This document shows, in pieces, positions 44,791 through 55,867 of a stretch of DNA of 64,000 nt. The first letter of the stretch is position 1. Each line of letters opens with the position of its first letter. The stretch is taken from assembly GCA_045106555.1 (NCBI GenBank), contig JBGCET010000002.1, positions 135,752 to 199,751 on the forward strand, read 5' to 3'. The position numbers were made by a program, and so were the translations under genes. This DNA is from Lysobacterales bacterium. Lineage in GTDB: Bacteria > Pseudomonadota > Gammaproteobacteria > Xanthomonadales > SZUA-38. Below the pieces are notes generated by a model that worked only from the letters and a program-made list of their open reading frames with translations, was not told where the DNA came from and did no database searches.

Positions 44791-47532
44791 TCAGGCCGCG
44801 ACGGGCTTAAAGGTCTTCAGCGCCCCGCTGGTTGTTTCCACGCAGGCGGGCAGTAATTCCAGCATTTGCCTGACCTGCTCAACCTTGCTTTCTGCGGCCG
44901 CAACCTCAATGGTTTCACATAGGTTTCGGACGCTGACAGCGCCCAGGCTAGCGCTGGTAGATTTGAGTTCGTGAGCGTGTGCGGCCACCTGTTCCAAGTT
45001 CTGAGCCCTGAGCGCCTGGCGGATTTTCTTAATCCCCTCTGGCGCATCGGCGATATACGACTGCACCAGTTCATCAAGGCCTGTTCCCATCAGCTGGCAT
45101 AATTTCTGAAGTGTCGCCTCGTCCAGGTCTTTACCGGCCTCCTGTTTCAAGGACGCTGACGGCGTCACAGTTTTTGAACTGCGATGGGTTCCCTGTAGCG
45201 CATCTAGCGGGTCGGTAGCGCTCTCGCTGCCATCCTCGGCGTGGGCCATCAAGCGCCGCAGCGTTTCAGCAATAAGTTGTCGATCCAAAGGCTTGGACAG
45301 ATAGGCGTCCATACCTGCACCCAAGCACTTCTCAACATCTCCCGACATGGCGTTTGCTGTCATGGCAATGATGGGAAGGCGAGCAAGGTTATTGCGTTCT
45401 TCAATTTCACGCCATTGGCGGGTCGCCGTGTAACCATCCATGATCGGCATCATGCAGTCCATTAATGCGGCATCAAAATGCCCCTTCTCCATCGCTGCCA
45501 GCGCTTCCCGACCGTTGGTTGCGACCTCAAATTCAAGTCCAAGAGACTTCATCAGTGTGGTCGCCACGTTGAGGTTGATGTGATTGTCTTCGACTAAGAG
45601 CACCCGAGCTTTGATGGTTTGGATTTCCACATATTCGTTGGCGTCTACCGCACGCTGAGTCTGCTCTGCGGTCGCGTCAGCGGTTCGTTCCACCAGTTCG
45701 CTGATGGCCTCGGCCAATTGTTCAGTAGAGCAGCTGGCCGATACAGCGCTGATGTTGTCCAACGTTTTCAACGACTCGGGCACCTTGCCGCCCGCGTTAA
45801 GAATCAGGCAGGGTCGGCCGATTTTTGGATGATTGGATAATTTCTTTGCCAGTACCAGCCCCTGGGGTCCAGTGGAGGTAGCGTCGATGGCCAGCAGGTC
45901 AATATCGTTATAGCCACCTTCATCATGGCCTCGTTTGACTTTCCCCACGGCATCCTGAGGGCTGCTTGCCAGATCAACATTGCAGCCGCTGTTCTGGGCA
46001 AAGCGAGCGGCTCTGTTTTGAAAGACTTCGTCGTTGGTCACCATCAACATCCGCACGCCAGCGAGTTTTCGGGCCTCCGGTGCAATATCGCCAACGGCTT
46101 TTTTTAGCGGAATCTCAAACCAGAATTCAGAACCTTTGTTCTTCTTCGATACAACGCCAATATCACCGCCCATCAGCTCAACCATTTGCTTGCAGATGAC
46201 CAGCCCCATTCCGCTGCCGCCAAAGTTGCGGGTCACAGATGCATCAGCCTGCGTAAATGGCTGAAACAATTTTTCTATCGTGTCCTCATCGATGCCAACG
46301 CCAGTGTCCTTAATGCTGAATCGGAGCCGGTATTCCGCCACACTTTCACTGCGGGTGGTGACGTTGATCTGAACCATGCCGTCTTCAGTGAACTTCACCG
46401 CGTTGCTCACCAGGTTGGTGAGTATCTGGCGAAGCCGTACCGGGTCACCACGAACTGCGGCTCGAACGCCGGTGTCAATATGGCTTTTTAGCGCCACGTT
46501 TTTTCTGGCCGCAGATTGCCCCAGGAGTTTGGTAACAGAGTCCACTAATTCGTTGAGGTTAAACCCAACCGTCTCCAATTCCAGCTTGCCAGCCTGCATT
46601 TTTGAATAATCCAGCATGCTGTCAATGATCGTCAGGAGATGTCGGGATGAGCTCAAGATCGTACTCATATGAGCGCGTTGCTCTTCATTCAGTTCCGACC
46701 CCCGCATCAAATCCAGCAGCGGAAGTATGCCGTTAAGCGGCGTACGAATTTCATGGCTGACTGTAGCGAGAAATTCGTCTTTCGCTAAGCCTGCCTGTTG
46801 TGCCTGGCGACTTAACTCGCCCATCTCTTCTTTGATGGCGTTGCGTTCCCGGGCCATGCGTTGACGGGCGCCCTCAGCCTGGGCCGCCTGATCTTGGGCT
46901 TTGCCCAGTGCAACCGCCTGTTCTTCCACCTGGCGTCGAAGCCGGGAGCGGTCGTCAAACAGCCCGCCGGGTCGACTGGTGCAAAACATGACGACCAGGG
47001 CAGTCAGCAGTGCCGTCACGGACGCCGGCAGGGTCCACAGGTCGGTCACAGCAAGGGTCACAGTTAAGGGCAAAACGGCAGTCAGAGTAAACAGACATTG
47101 GGCCAAAAAAGAACAGGAAAAAAGGACCACGCCGGCGGCCATCGCTGCCAGCGTCAGGCTGGTGATCAGATAGAGAGACCGGGGGCTGTCGGGCTCGATG
47201 AACAGCAGAGCACAGGCTCCCCAGCCGGCACCGACCGCTGCGGCATACAGCAGGAAGTAGCGGCGCCAGACGGTGACGTCGGGCAATTGATCGTCGTTCT
47301 TTGCCGAAACCCACCGGACCGTCAAGACCGTTATTGTCAGCAGGCTAAAATAGCCCGCAACGACCCAACCAAACTGGGCGTTTCCGGTCATGCCCATGGT
47401 GATGGCCAATGCCAGACCGGGAATCAAAATAATCAGCTGATAAAGCGAAAGGCTCTGACTCCAGCGCACGGCGTCAAGCGCGCGTCGATCAGCCATGTCC
47501 AGCTGATCGGTTTCAGTTGCGGTCGTGTTCAA
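44791..47532 (-). CDS. Hybrid sensor histidine kinase (6 TM, HisKA, HATPase, degenerate REC, REC, Hpt)
   Basis: H-box [11 protein letters not shown], an ATPase domain, receiver [11 protein letters not shown] / [12 protein letters not shown] / LSKP, and C-terminal Hpt [14 protein letters not shown]. Confidence 0.9.
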   Translation of the reverse strand: MNTTATETDQLDMADRRALDAVRWSQSLSLYQLIILIPGLALAITMGMTGNAQFGWVVAGYFSLLTITVLTVRWVSAKNDDQLPDVTVWRRYFLLYAAAVGAGWGACALLFIEPDSPRSLYLITSLTLAAMAAGVVLFSCSFLAQCLFTLTAVLPLTVTLAVTDLWTLPASVTALLTALVVMFCTSRPGGLFDDRSRLRRQVEEQAVALGKAQDQAAQAEGARQRMARERNAIKEEMGELSRQAQQAGLAKDEFLATVSHEIRTPLNGILPLLDLMRGSELNEEQRAHMSTILSSSRHLLTIIDSMLDYSKMQAGKLELETVGFNLNELVDSVTKLLGQSAARKNVALKSHIDTGVRAAVRGDPVRLRQILTNLVSNAVKFTEDGMVQINVTTRSESVAEYRLRFSIKDTGVGIDEDTIEKLFQPFTQADASVTRNFGGSGMGLVICKQMVELMGGDIGVVSKKNKGSEFWFEIPLKKAVGDIAPEARKLAGVRMLMVTNDEVFQNRAARFAQNSGCNVDLASSPQDAVGKVKRGHDEGGYNDIDLLAIDATSTGPQGLVLAKKLSNHPKIGRPCLILNAGGKVPESLKTLDNISAVSASCSTEQLAEAISELVERTADATAEQTQRAVDANEYVEIQTIKARVLLVEDNHINLNVATTLMKSLGLEFEVATNGREALAAMEKGHFDAALMDCMMPIMDGYTATRQWREIEERNNLARLPIIAMTANAMSGDVEKCLGAGMDAYLSKPLDRQLIAETLRRLMAHAEDGSESATDPLDALQGTHRSSKTVTPSASLKQEAGKDLDEATLQKLCQLMGTGLDELVQSYIADAPEGIKKIRQALRAQNLEQVAAHAHELKSTSASLGAVSVRNLCETIEVAAAESKVEQVRQMLELLPACVETTSGALKTFKPVAA

Positions 47533-47658
47533 GAGTCTCCCCCGAGGCTCTGAGGGCGCTTGTCATTGTCAGCGCCGGCCAGAAAATAGTTCCAGAACCT
47601 CGATCCTAGCTGTCAGCCAGTAGGGGCCGCAAGGCGGCCTAACATAGATTCACATTCG

Positions 47659-49632
47659 TCAAATGGGGTTTGTCGACGGCTCGCTTGCCTCAGACTCATA
47701 GATAATCTGGCTGTTTCGCTTAACCGTTAGCGGATGATAGCCGGGTTTGGCGGCTTCAAATATCCGCTGGGCCATTGCCTGTTGGTTATTGTCTACGAGG
47801 GCCTGATAGAGCGGTCTGAGAAATTTATTGCGGCCGATGCTCATCAGGAAATTCTCCAGTCGCCCCATGGCCGGCTGATAGTCGTTATTGATGGCGATCA
47901 TCAGCCAGCTGAAGGCTATTTCATTATTAGTAGAGGCGGTCAGTTCGAATGCGCGGTCGAGCTCGTCCAGCTGTTTTGCCGTTAACGATTGCGGCAGGTT
48001 GTCGAGAAAGTACTTCCATTCATGAGCGGTCCAATCTGTGGTGTTGATATCGGCCGCGTTGACGGTGCCTGCCTGCCAGTCAGTCAGCAGCGGATCAATA
48101 TTGGTAAAGGCGTTTGAGGTCGGCGTCGGTGCACCCTCTGGAATTCCGGGCTCGTAAATCCACTGAGCAATACGTTCACTATTGAGCTGTTCGCTGTGGG
48201 TCGTGAGAAGAGTTTTCTCCAGATGCTCTACAAAACTCTCGGTGGTCAGGCTACGAAATTGAAAGGTGTCGAAATAGCTGCGAAGGAAGGCGTCAAAATC
48301 TTCCCGCCCGACATTGTTTTCCAGTTCGTACAGGAACAACGAGCCCTTCTCGTAGGGCACGCTGGAAAACGCGTCATCCGGATCACGGTCGCGCATGTCC
48401 AGAGCCAGGATCTGGTCCGCGGTGTCCATGTCGGCCATTTCAGCCGTTAAGTCGGCCAAACCCAGCGCCATCTCCATCGCGTAACGATCATCGCCGTAGA
48501 CAAACTGCATGATTCGGTTGGTCAGATAGGTGGTGAAACCTTCGTTGAGCCACAGATCGCGCCATGTGGCATTGGTCACAAGATTGCCAGACCAGGAATG
48601 GGCCAGCTCGTGAGCAATCAGTGACACAAGAGACTTATCGCCAGCAATAACGGTGGGTGTAATGAAACTGAGACGGGGATTTTCCATCCCGCCAAAGGGA
48701 AAGCTCGGCGGTAGAATCAGCAGATCGTAACGGTCCCACTGATAGGGGCCATAGCGCGACTCGGTGGCCTCCAGCATGGTTTCCGTGTCGGCGAACTCCG
48801 CCGCGGCGGCGGCGAGAATTTCTTTTTCCGCGTAGACCCCTGTGCGTTCCCCCATGGCCTGAAATTCCAAGTCTCCCACTGCCAGTGCCAGCAGGTAAGA
48901 GGGGATGGCTTGGGGCATTTCGAAGTGATACACACCGTTGGGTGAGGCCGCGGGTGAATTGTTGGCGCTCATCACGGCCCTGAGAGCCGTCGGAACCCTG
49001 ATCGTTGCATTGTAGGTAAGCCGCACTGCCGGGGTGTCTTGCAGCGGTACAAAACTCCGCGCATGGATGGCCTGAGCTTGGGTGAACAAAAATGGTTGCT
49101 GTTTGCCGGCGGTCTGGCGTGGCGCAAGCCACTGAAGGCCTGACGCATCAGGTGCCGTCCGATAGCGAATTTCCACTACATTTGCTGCAGGCGGCAGCGA
49201 GATTGCCAGCGCAGTCCCGAGTACCGGGTGAGGGTCAGCCAATGAAAACTCCACCCTGGCCCGTTTTTCGGCGGAGCCAGCCAGTACTTCCATGACCGTT
49301 AAATCCCGGGTGTCCAGAATCAACGCCGGATTACCGCCGCCCTGGCGTTCAATGGTCAGCGTCGCTGAACCCTCCAGAACTTGGCGTTTAAAATCCACCG
49401 TAAGATCCAGGTCCACATTGCGGGTCAGGTACGCGTCAACATTGGCGAACGAGTGATAGTCGACCCCTGGCGTGGGTCCAGTATCCGGGGCGGTCGCTGG
49501 ATCCGGCATGCCCGCCGGGCTAGTTTTATCGGTTGTGGTGTTGGCTTCTGGAACGCCCGAGTCTGGGCTGTTGCAACCGCCAGCAATCAACGCAAGAAGT
49601 ATCAGTGGGAGGGAATAATTTCGGTGGCTCAC
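47659..49632 (-). CDS. M1-family zinc aminopeptidase lipoprotein (leukotriene-A4-hydrolase/cold-active aminopeptidase-like)
   Basis: FGGMENPRL exopeptidase motif and HELAHSWSGN-x-WLNEG zinc site. GTG 49632 is preceded by AAGGAG and gives the lipobox LIAGGC. The ORF is open to 49689. Confidence 0.85.
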   Translation of the reverse strand: MSHRNYSLPLILLALIAGGCNSPDSGVPEANTTTDKTSPAGMPDPATAPDTGPTPGVDYHSFANVDAYLTRNVDLDLTVDFKRQVLEGSATLTIERQGGGNPALILDTRDLTVMEVLAGSAEKRARVEFSLADPHPVLGTALAISLPPAANVVEIRYRTAPDASGLQWLAPRQTAGKQQPFLFTQAQAIHARSFVPLQDTPAVRLTYNATIRVPTALRAVMSANNSPAASPNGVYHFEMPQAIPSYLLALAVGDLEFQAMGERTGVYAEKEILAAAAAEFADTETMLEATESRYGPYQWDRYDLLILPPSFPFGGMENPRLSFITPTVIAGDKSLVSLIAHELAHSWSGNLVTNATWRDLWLNEGFTTYLTNRIMQFVYGDDRYAMEMALGLADLTAEMADMDTADQILALDMRDRDPDDAFSSVPYEKGSLFLYELENNVGREDFDAFLRSYFDTFQFRSLTTESFVEHLEKTLLTTHSEQLNSERIAQWIYEPGIPEGAPTPTSNAFTNIDPLLTDWQAGTVNAADINTTDWTAHEWKYFLDNLPQSLTAKQLDELDRAFELTASTNNEIAFSWLMIAINNDYQPAMGRLENFLMSIGRNKFLRPLYQALVDNNQQAMAQRIFEAAKPGYHPLTVKRNSQIIYESEASEPSTNPI

Positions 49633-49722
49633 GGACAACTCCTTGCGGTGAAATTCATGCATGAGAAGGATAACGACGCTGGCGATCAATGTCAGTAGAA
49701 ACGTCCGGTGTCTTATCGGTCG

Positions 49723-50928
49723 CTATGCTGGTGGCCAGGGCTCTCCGTCCGATGTGGTGACCACTATTTTGGCGGCTGCCTGCCGCGCTTTCGATCGGGC
49801 ACCGTCGACGTCGGCATCCCTGGCCAGACAAACGCCCATGCGCCGTCGTCCAACCACTTCTGGCTTGCCAAACAGTCGCAGGTCGGTGCCGGCTTCGGCA
49901 AGAGCTTCGGGCAGCCCCTGAAAGCGAGGGGCTTTTCCGTCACCTTGCACCAGAACGACGGCAGAGGCCGTGGGTCCGCGCTGCTGGATCTGGGGGATTG
50001 GCAATCCAAGAATCGCCCGAACATGCAGGGCAAACTGAGACAGATCCTGGGACATCAAAGTGACCAGGCCAGTATCGTGGGGCCGGGGAGAGACCTCGGA
50101 AAATAGCACCTCATCACCGCGAACGAACAGTTCAACGCCAAAAAGGCCGCGGCCGCCCAGTGCACCGGTAATCGTGCCGGCAATGGTCTCGGCCTGCTGC
50201 CGGGCCGCCTGAGACATTGCCTGGGGCTGCCAGGACTCGCGATAATCGCCATCTTCCTGACGATGGCCGATGGGTTGGCAAAAGGATGTTCCTGCGGCAT
50301 GACGCACGGTGAGCAGAGTAATTTCGTAATCGAAGGGTACAAAACCCTCAACGATGCACCGCCCTGCGCCAGTGCGGCCGCCGCTTTGCGCATATTGCCA
50401 GGCGGCTTCCGCCTCGGCTTCACTGTGCACGGTACTTTGGCCTTTGCCCGAGGAACTCATCACCGGTTTGATGACAAAGGGATATCCCACCTTTCCGATA
50501 GCTTGGCGATACTCGGGTTCGGTATCCACAAACTGATAAGGCGACGTGGGCAGATTCAACTCTTCGGCCGCCAGGCGCCGAATGCCTTCCCGGTCCATCG
50601 TCAAGCGGGCGGCTCTGGCGGTGGGGATTACCTGAAAGCCCTCAGTTTCCAGTGCCTGAAGCGTAGGCGTGTGGATGGCTTCGATTTCCGGCACGATTAG
50701 GGTGGGTTGTTCCTGTTCAATCACTTCACGTAGGGCAACGGGATCCAGCATGTTGATGACATGAGCCCTGTGAGCCACCTGCATGGCGGGTGCGCCGGCG
50801 TAGCGATCCACGGCAATAACCTCCACGCCCAGCCGCTGCGCTTCTATCACCACTTCTTTGCCCAGTTCGCCAGAGCCCAGCAGAAGGAGGCGAATGGCGT
50901 TGTCTGATTCAGGCGTTCCGAATTCCAT
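49723..50928 (-). CDS. purT: Formate-dependent phosphoribosylglycinamide formyltransferase (GAR transformylase 2)
   Basis: Near-collinear with E. coli PurT: [66 protein letters not shown]. The alternative start is at 50943. Confidence 0.92.
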   Translation of the reverse strand: MEFGTPESDNAIRLLLLGSGELGKEVVIEAQRLGVEVIAVDRYAGAPAMQVAHRAHVINMLDPVALREVIEQEQPTLIVPEIEAIHTPTLQALETEGFQVIPTARAARLTMDREGIRRLAAEELNLPTSPYQFVDTEPEYRQAIGKVGYPFVIKPVMSSSGKGQSTVHSEAEAEAAWQYAQSGGRTGAGRCIVEGFVPFDYEITLLTVRHAAGTSFCQPIGHRQEDGDYRESWQPQAMSQAARQQAETIAGTITGALGGRGLFGVELFVRGDEVLFSEVSPRPHDTGLVTLMSQDLSQFALHVRAILGLPIPQIQQRGPTASAVVLVQGDGKAPRFQGLPEALAEAGTDLRLFGKPEVVGRRRMGVCLARDADVDGARSKARQAAAKIVVTTSDGEPWPPA

Positions 50929-51054
50929 ATCAATTTCTCGCAAAAGGTTGGCGGATTATACAGCCCGCAATCTGCAGTGAGGGCGTACACTATGCTGCGG
51001 CTGATCTGTCCTTTGCTGCTAGCCACCTGACCATGGCCGAGACCAGGAGTTTGA

Positions 51055-52260
51055 GTGCTAAATCGAAACCTGTCCCTACTGTTTTTCTGTCAATTGATTG
51101 CCGTTACGGGTTCCGTGGTGATGGTAACCCTTGGCAGCATTATTGGGGCTCAACTCACCACGTCGCCCGCTCTGGCAACATTGCCCATCTCTCTGACCAT
51201 TGTTACTACCGCGGTCACCACCATACCCGCGGCAATTTTCATGCGGCGATACGGTCGTCGATGGGGTTTTGCATTGGGTTGTGTCACTGCGATGGCGGCT
51301 GCGCTGCTTACCCTGGTGGCGATCGGGCGCGCGAGTTTTGTCGGCTTTACCTGCGCTATGGCGCTATTTGGGATCAATATGGCGTTTGCCCAGCAGTACC
51401 GGTTTGCCGCCATCGAAAGCGCTGAACCGTCGTTTGCGGGTCGCGCGGTGTCGTTTGTATTGTTGGGCGCGGTGGGTGGCGCGTTACTGGGCCCGACGCT
51501 GGTGAAGTACTCTTCAACGATGAGTCCCGATGCGCCGTACGGTTTGGCAATGGGCGCCATTGCCGGCTGCTATTTGCTGGCGTTGCTATTGGTGCTGGGG
51601 TTGAATTTTGCCAAATCTCAGGTCAAAGCGGAGAGAGAGTCAACGGGTAGGCCACTGTCGGCGATCGTTCGCCAGCCAGTGTTTATCGTGGCCGTATTCG
51701 GCGGCACTATTGGCTATGGAGTGATGAGTTTTCTGATGACCGCAACGCCGCTGAGCATGCATGAGGTGGATGGTTATTCACTGGCGCAGACGGCCGGCGT
51801 GATCCAGGCCCATGTGCTGGGTATGTATCTCCCTTCCCTGGTATCGGGGTGGTTAATCGATAGGCTCGGCGTCGTAAAGATGATGATTGTGGGCGCGCTG
51901 ACCCTGGTGGGCGCATTGGCCACCGGCATGGATGGCCATACTATGGGCCACTACACCGTTTCCCTAATTCTGCTGGGAGTCGGCTGGAATTTCCTGTACG
52001 TGGGTGGCACAACGATGCTGACCTTCAGCTACAAGGATTCGGAGCGGTTTCGGGCCCAGGCGGTGAACGAATTTTGTGTGTTCGGCACAGCCGCCAGCGC
52101 ATCGTTGCTGGCCGGAACAACCATGCATTGGTTTGGCTGGTTTACGACAGCGGCGGTGCCGCTACCGTTATTGGCGGTAGTATTGTTGGCCCTGTTCTGG
52201 GTGCGTACAGACCCGCTGCTGCGGCGGGCAGCCCCTGCAGCAGGTCCAGCTGCCGACTAA
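51055..52260 (+). CDS. MFS transporter
   Basis: 401 aa with about 12 hydrophobic segments. GTG start. Confidence 0.8.
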   Translation: MLNRNLSLLFFCQLIAVTGSVVMVTLGSIIGAQLTTSPALATLPISLTIVTTAVTTIPAAIFMRRYGRRWGFALGCVTAMAAALLTLVAIGRASFVGFTCAMALFGINMAFAQQYRFAAIESAEPSFAGRAVSFVLLGAVGGALLGPTLVKYSSTMSPDAPYGLAMGAIAGCYLLALLLVLGLNFAKSQVKAERESTGRPLSAIVRQPVFIVAVFGGTIGYGVMSFLMTATPLSMHEVDGYSLAQTAGVIQAHVLGMYLPSLVSGWLIDRLGVVKMMIVGALTLVGALATGMDGHTMGHYTVSLILLGVGWNFLYVGGTTMLTFSYKDSERFRAQAVNEFCVFGTAASASLLAGTTMHWFGWFTTAAVPLPLLAVVLLALFWVRTDPLLRRAAPAAGPAAD

Positions 52261-52276
52261 ATGCAAAACGGCGCAA

Positions 52277-52669
52277 TCAATTGGCAGTAATTTGATTGAC
52301 CGGAAATTCTCGCACCACCGATTCTCCCCAGCCGGCCAGCGCGCCGTCAACAAACACGAGAGGCGTGGTTTCATCGAAGGTGGTGTCGCCGTCGGAGTGG
52401 CGATGTTGGGTTCGATAGCGCAGCACGATGATCTCGCGGCCATCACTCATGAATCCTTCCGAATGATCGGGCCGTCCAAGATCCAGCTTTACCTGTTCCA
52501 GCGCTGTACCCAGCCGAAGATCGGCGATGTAGGTCTGGTTATCTTCCTGTCGATGTTCCCAAGAATTGCTGTGGTATTCCCAGTTGTCGTCCGGGTCGGT
52601 GACAATAACGCAACCGGAGAGCAGCAGCACAGAAAACGCGGCAAAGGCCAGGTGGTATCGAAGTTTCAT
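52277..52669 (-). CDS. Small lipoprotein, DUF3192-like
   Basis: Lipobox LLLSGC. LGRPDHSEGF...IIVLRYRTQ...DGDTTFDETTPLVFVDGALAGWGE resembles the DUF3192 pattern. Confidence 0.6.
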   Translation of the reverse strand: MKLRYHLAFAAFSVLLLSGCVIVTDPDDNWEYHSNSWEHRQEDNQTYIADLRLGTALEQVKLDLGRPDHSEGFMSDGREIIVLRYRTQHRHSDGDTTFDETTPLVFVDGALAGWGESVVREFPVNQITAN

Positions 52670-52763
52670 GATTGCCTCGCGGGCTTGTTAACGAAAGATA
52701 GACGGATTGTGTGGCCATAGCGCGTTCAAGGGACAGTGACGCAAGTCATGGGTCCTGCGCCGT

Positions 52764-55700
52764 TCAGGTTGGGCTGCCGGCGGCTTGCAGGTCCCAATCC
52801 TTGTCGGTGGCAGCATCTTTTGCGGATAAGAGCAGGTACACATTGGGTAAAACGAAAAGGGTGAAGAACGTCCCCAGCAGCATGCCGACGACCAAAATGA
52901 TGCCAATGCTGTTGCGCGCCTCAGCGCCAGCCCCTGATACCAGCACCAGGGGAAAGTGACCCAAGACCGTGGCGCCGGTGGTCATCAAAACCGGTCTTAG
53001 GCGAGTCGATGCTGACTCTCTGATGGCTGCGAATCGATCCATTCCGTCGGCGCGCAGCTGGTGGGCGAATTCCACAACCAAGATGGCGTTTTTCGCCACC
53101 AGCCCCACCAGAGTAATCAGGCCTACCTGGGAGTAAATATTGATCGTGGTCAAGTTGAGAAAAGAAATAACCATTGCGCCGCTCAACGCCAGCGGAACGG
53201 ATCCCACCAGTACCACCAGCGGGTCGCGAAAGCTATTGAACTGCAGTGCAAGCACCAGGAACACCACAACCAAAGAAATGGCCAGAACCCCAACCATGGT
53301 ATTGCCCTCTTTACGCAGCTGGCGGGATTCGCCGGCGTAGTCGATGCTGTACGTTGGTGGCAATAGGTCAGCTGCGGCCTGTTCCAGTGCGGACAGAGAC
53401 TGTTCTTTGGTGGTTCCGGGCATGGCGGCGCCATATACGCGAAACGCGTTGGATTGCCCAAATCGCGTGCGCGCCCGGGGAGCCACTTCATGGCTTAACC
53501 GGGCGAAAGCGCCAATCGGCACAAGGATCTCGTCAGGCGTTCGAATGTTCAGGTTCAGCAGGGCCGCAGGATCCGACCGGTCGATCGGGTCCAGCATGGG
53601 GATAACGCGAAATGCCTTGCCGTTGTCGTCAAAGCGATTAACGAAATTTCCCGACATCAGCACCCCTAGCTGCTGACTGACGCTAGCCATATCCAGCCCC
53701 AAATCGTTGATTCGCTGACGATCAAAGATCAGTCGAGTCTGGGGTAAATCGATTTTCAGGTCGGTGTCGGCATAGAGAAATTTCCCGCTGGCGTTAGCCG
53801 CGCTTACCAGCGCCCAGGCCATCGGCAACATTGCCTGGGCGCTTTCGGGCGATCGCACCACCAGTTCAATATCAAAATTACCGGCGGTGGGCAGGGGTGC
53901 CGGCAGAAAAGGAAAGGCCTTGATGCCGCTGACCGAGGTTAGCCGCGTGAAAGCCATTTGTTGGGCTTGCTGGACCGTGGTGCTGCGCTGTTCCGGACTG
54001 ACCAGCTGCTGGCCGCCAAAACCGCCGGCGGTTTGTATGATTTGCCACATATCTTGCGCGCCCGGAATTTCCCGCATGATCGACACCGCGTCGCGGGTGT
54101 GGGTTTGGGTATATTCCAACGACGCCTCGGGCGCGGACTCAATGACGACATCAACGGTGCTCTCGTCTTCCGTAGGCGCCAGCTCTTGTTGCGATAGAAG
54201 ATAAAACGGTACAACCAGCAACGAGAGGCCAAGTGCCAGAACCAGCACCTGAGCACGGGCATCCAGACAGCGGTCCAGGCACCGTAGATAGATCCGCTGG
54301 ACCCGCTCAAACAGATGATTGATGTGTTGAGTAAAGGCCCCTTCTTTGCCGCCCTCAGGCGCCAGCGCTGCGCTCATGATGGGCGACAGGGTGATGGCGA
54401 CAACGCCAGACACCAGCACCGCAGTGGCCAACGCAAAAGAAAACTCTCTGAACAACACGCCGGACAATCCGTCGACAAACCCAATCGGTGCATACACCGC
54501 GGCCAGCGTCAGCGTCATTCCCACGACAGGAGTAAGCAGCTGGCGAGAGCTGGCCAATGCGGCCTCGCGGCGGCCATAACCCTCGCGCATGTAACGACCA
54601 ACGTTTTCCACCACCACGATGGCGTCATCCACCACCAGGCCCACTGACAGCACGATCGCCAGCACCGTTAGCAGGTTCAGGGAATAACCAAACAGGGACA
54701 TGGCCGCTGCGGCGCCCAACAAAGAAATGGGTATGGCCACCAGCGGCACCAGGGCAGCGCGAAGCGAGCCCATAAACACCACCACCACCAATCCCACCAG
54801 GGCGATGGTTTCCGTCAGGGTGACAAAAATCTCTCGCAGCGCATTGCGCATATAGAGCGTTCCATCATAGGCAGTAGTAATTGCCAGGCCGCTGGGTAGC
54901 CGAGACTCCAGTGTGCTCAACACCTCGTATAGCCCGTTACCAATCTCAATTTCGTTGGCGCCGGGTAGCGGCCAGATGGAAATGAATACCGCACTGTCAT
55001 CGTTCAGGCGGGCGATGGTTGTGCCTTCTTGCTCGCCCCGTTCCACCCGGGAAATGTCGGCCAAAGTGACCTGGACGCCATCGCGCTCACGAACCACCAA
55101 AGATGCAAAATCGGCCACGCTTTGGAGCGTGGTGTTGGACAGAATGTTGATCCGCTGGTCGAGGCTTTCGCTGCGCCCCAACGTTGAAATAACGTTGTTA
55201 CGGGTGAGCGCGTTGCGTACGTCCAGAGTGCTGAGGTTGTATTGAGCCAGCCGATCCGGGTTTAGCCACACTCGCATGGCGGGTTGACGGCCGCCTTCAA
55301 GGTCCACCCGCTGTACTCCTGGTATGGCGGCAATAGCGGGGTTCACCTCGCGAACCAAATAGTCGGTTACCGAGCCACGGGTGTAGGGCGGCTCAATGAG
55401 CACATTCAGATAAAACGCAGCAAAGGGGCTGTCCGCCCGAACGACAGTAACCGCTGGATCTTCTGCGCCCGCGGGCAGTTCGAAGGCGATTTGATTTAAG
55501 CGGGCGGTGAGCTCTGCCAGTGCCGCAGAGCTGTCTTCGTTCATCTCCAGCCAAACGTTGACGGTGCTGAAGCCCGAAGTCGTTACCGAGTCGATGTAAT
55601 CCACTCCGGGCATGGTGGATGCGATGCGTTCGATCGGTTCGGTAATAAACCCTTCAACAATTTCTGAAGAGGCACCCACATAGGGGGTGGCGATGCGCAG

Positions 55701-55859
55701 CGACGCGCTCTCTATGCGGGGGAACTGAAGTACAGGTAAATCCACGGCCGCTTTGGCGCCGATGATGAGCAGTGCCAGGGAAACCACGATCGACACCACC
55801 GGACGTTGTACAAAAATGTCGGTGATTCTCGGCCTGCGCGCTGCCGTGGTGTCACTCAT
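52764..55859 (-). CDS. RND efflux transporter permease (AcrB/HAE1-like)
   Basis: 1031 aa with AcrB-type N-terminus ITDIFVQRPVVSIVVSLALLIIG, 12 TM segments and two large periplasmic loops. Confidence 0.92.
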   Translation of the reverse strand: MSDTTAARRPRITDIFVQRPVVSIVVSLALLIIGAKAAVDLPVLQFPRIESASLRIATPYVGASSEIVEGFITEPIERIASTMPGVDYIDSVTTSGFSTVNVWLEMNEDSSAALAELTARLNQIAFELPAGAEDPAVTVVRADSPFAAFYLNVLIEPPYTRGSVTDYLVREVNPAIAAIPGVQRVDLEGGRQPAMRVWLNPDRLAQYNLSTLDVRNALTRNNVISTLGRSESLDQRINILSNTTLQSVADFASLVVRERDGVQVTLADISRVERGEQEGTTIARLNDDSAVFISIWPLPGANEIEIGNGLYEVLSTLESRLPSGLAITTAYDGTLYMRNALREIFVTLTETIALVGLVVVVFMGSLRAALVPLVAIPISLLGAAAAMSLFGYSLNLLTVLAIVLSVGLVVDDAIVVVENVGRYMREGYGRREAALASSRQLLTPVVGMTLTLAAVYAPIGFVDGLSGVLFREFSFALATAVLVSGVVAITLSPIMSAALAPEGGKEGAFTQHINHLFERVQRIYLRCLDRCLDARAQVLVLALGLSLLVVPFYLLSQQELAPTEDESTVDVVIESAPEASLEYTQTHTRDAVSIMREIPGAQDMWQIIQTAGGFGGQQLVSPEQRSTTVQQAQQMAFTRLTSVSGIKAFPFLPAPLPTAGNFDIELVVRSPESAQAMLPMAWALVSAANASGKFLYADTDLKIDLPQTRLIFDRQRINDLGLDMASVSQQLGVLMSGNFVNRFDDNGKAFRVIPMLDPIDRSDPAALLNLNIRTPDEILVPIGAFARLSHEVAPRARTRFGQSNAFRVYGAAMPGTTKEQSLSALEQAAADLLPPTYSIDYAGESRQLRKEGNTMVGVLAISLVVVFLVLALQFNSFRDPLVVLVGSVPLALSGAMVISFLNLTTINIYSQVGLITLVGLVAKNAILVVEFAHQLRADGMDRFAAIRESASTRLRPVLMTTGATVLGHFPLVLVSGAGAEARNSIGIILVVGMLLGTFFTLFVLPNVYLLLSAKDAATDKDWDLQAAGSPT

Positions 55860-55867
55860 GTCTGGCC

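Noticed and set aside
47625-47639. A GC hairpin, GGCCGC-AAG-GCGGCC, 20 nt downstream of the M1 lipoprotein peptidase gene.
   Set aside because: It has a 6-bp stem, a 3-nt loop and no U-tract on the relevant strand. This is too weak to call a terminator.
50929-51054. The purT leader was inspected for a purine or ZTP riboswitch or a PurR box.
   Set aside because: Only a good TATAAT hexamer is visible on the minus strand. I found no ZTP-like conserved segments and no ACGCAAACGTTTGCGT-like palindrome.
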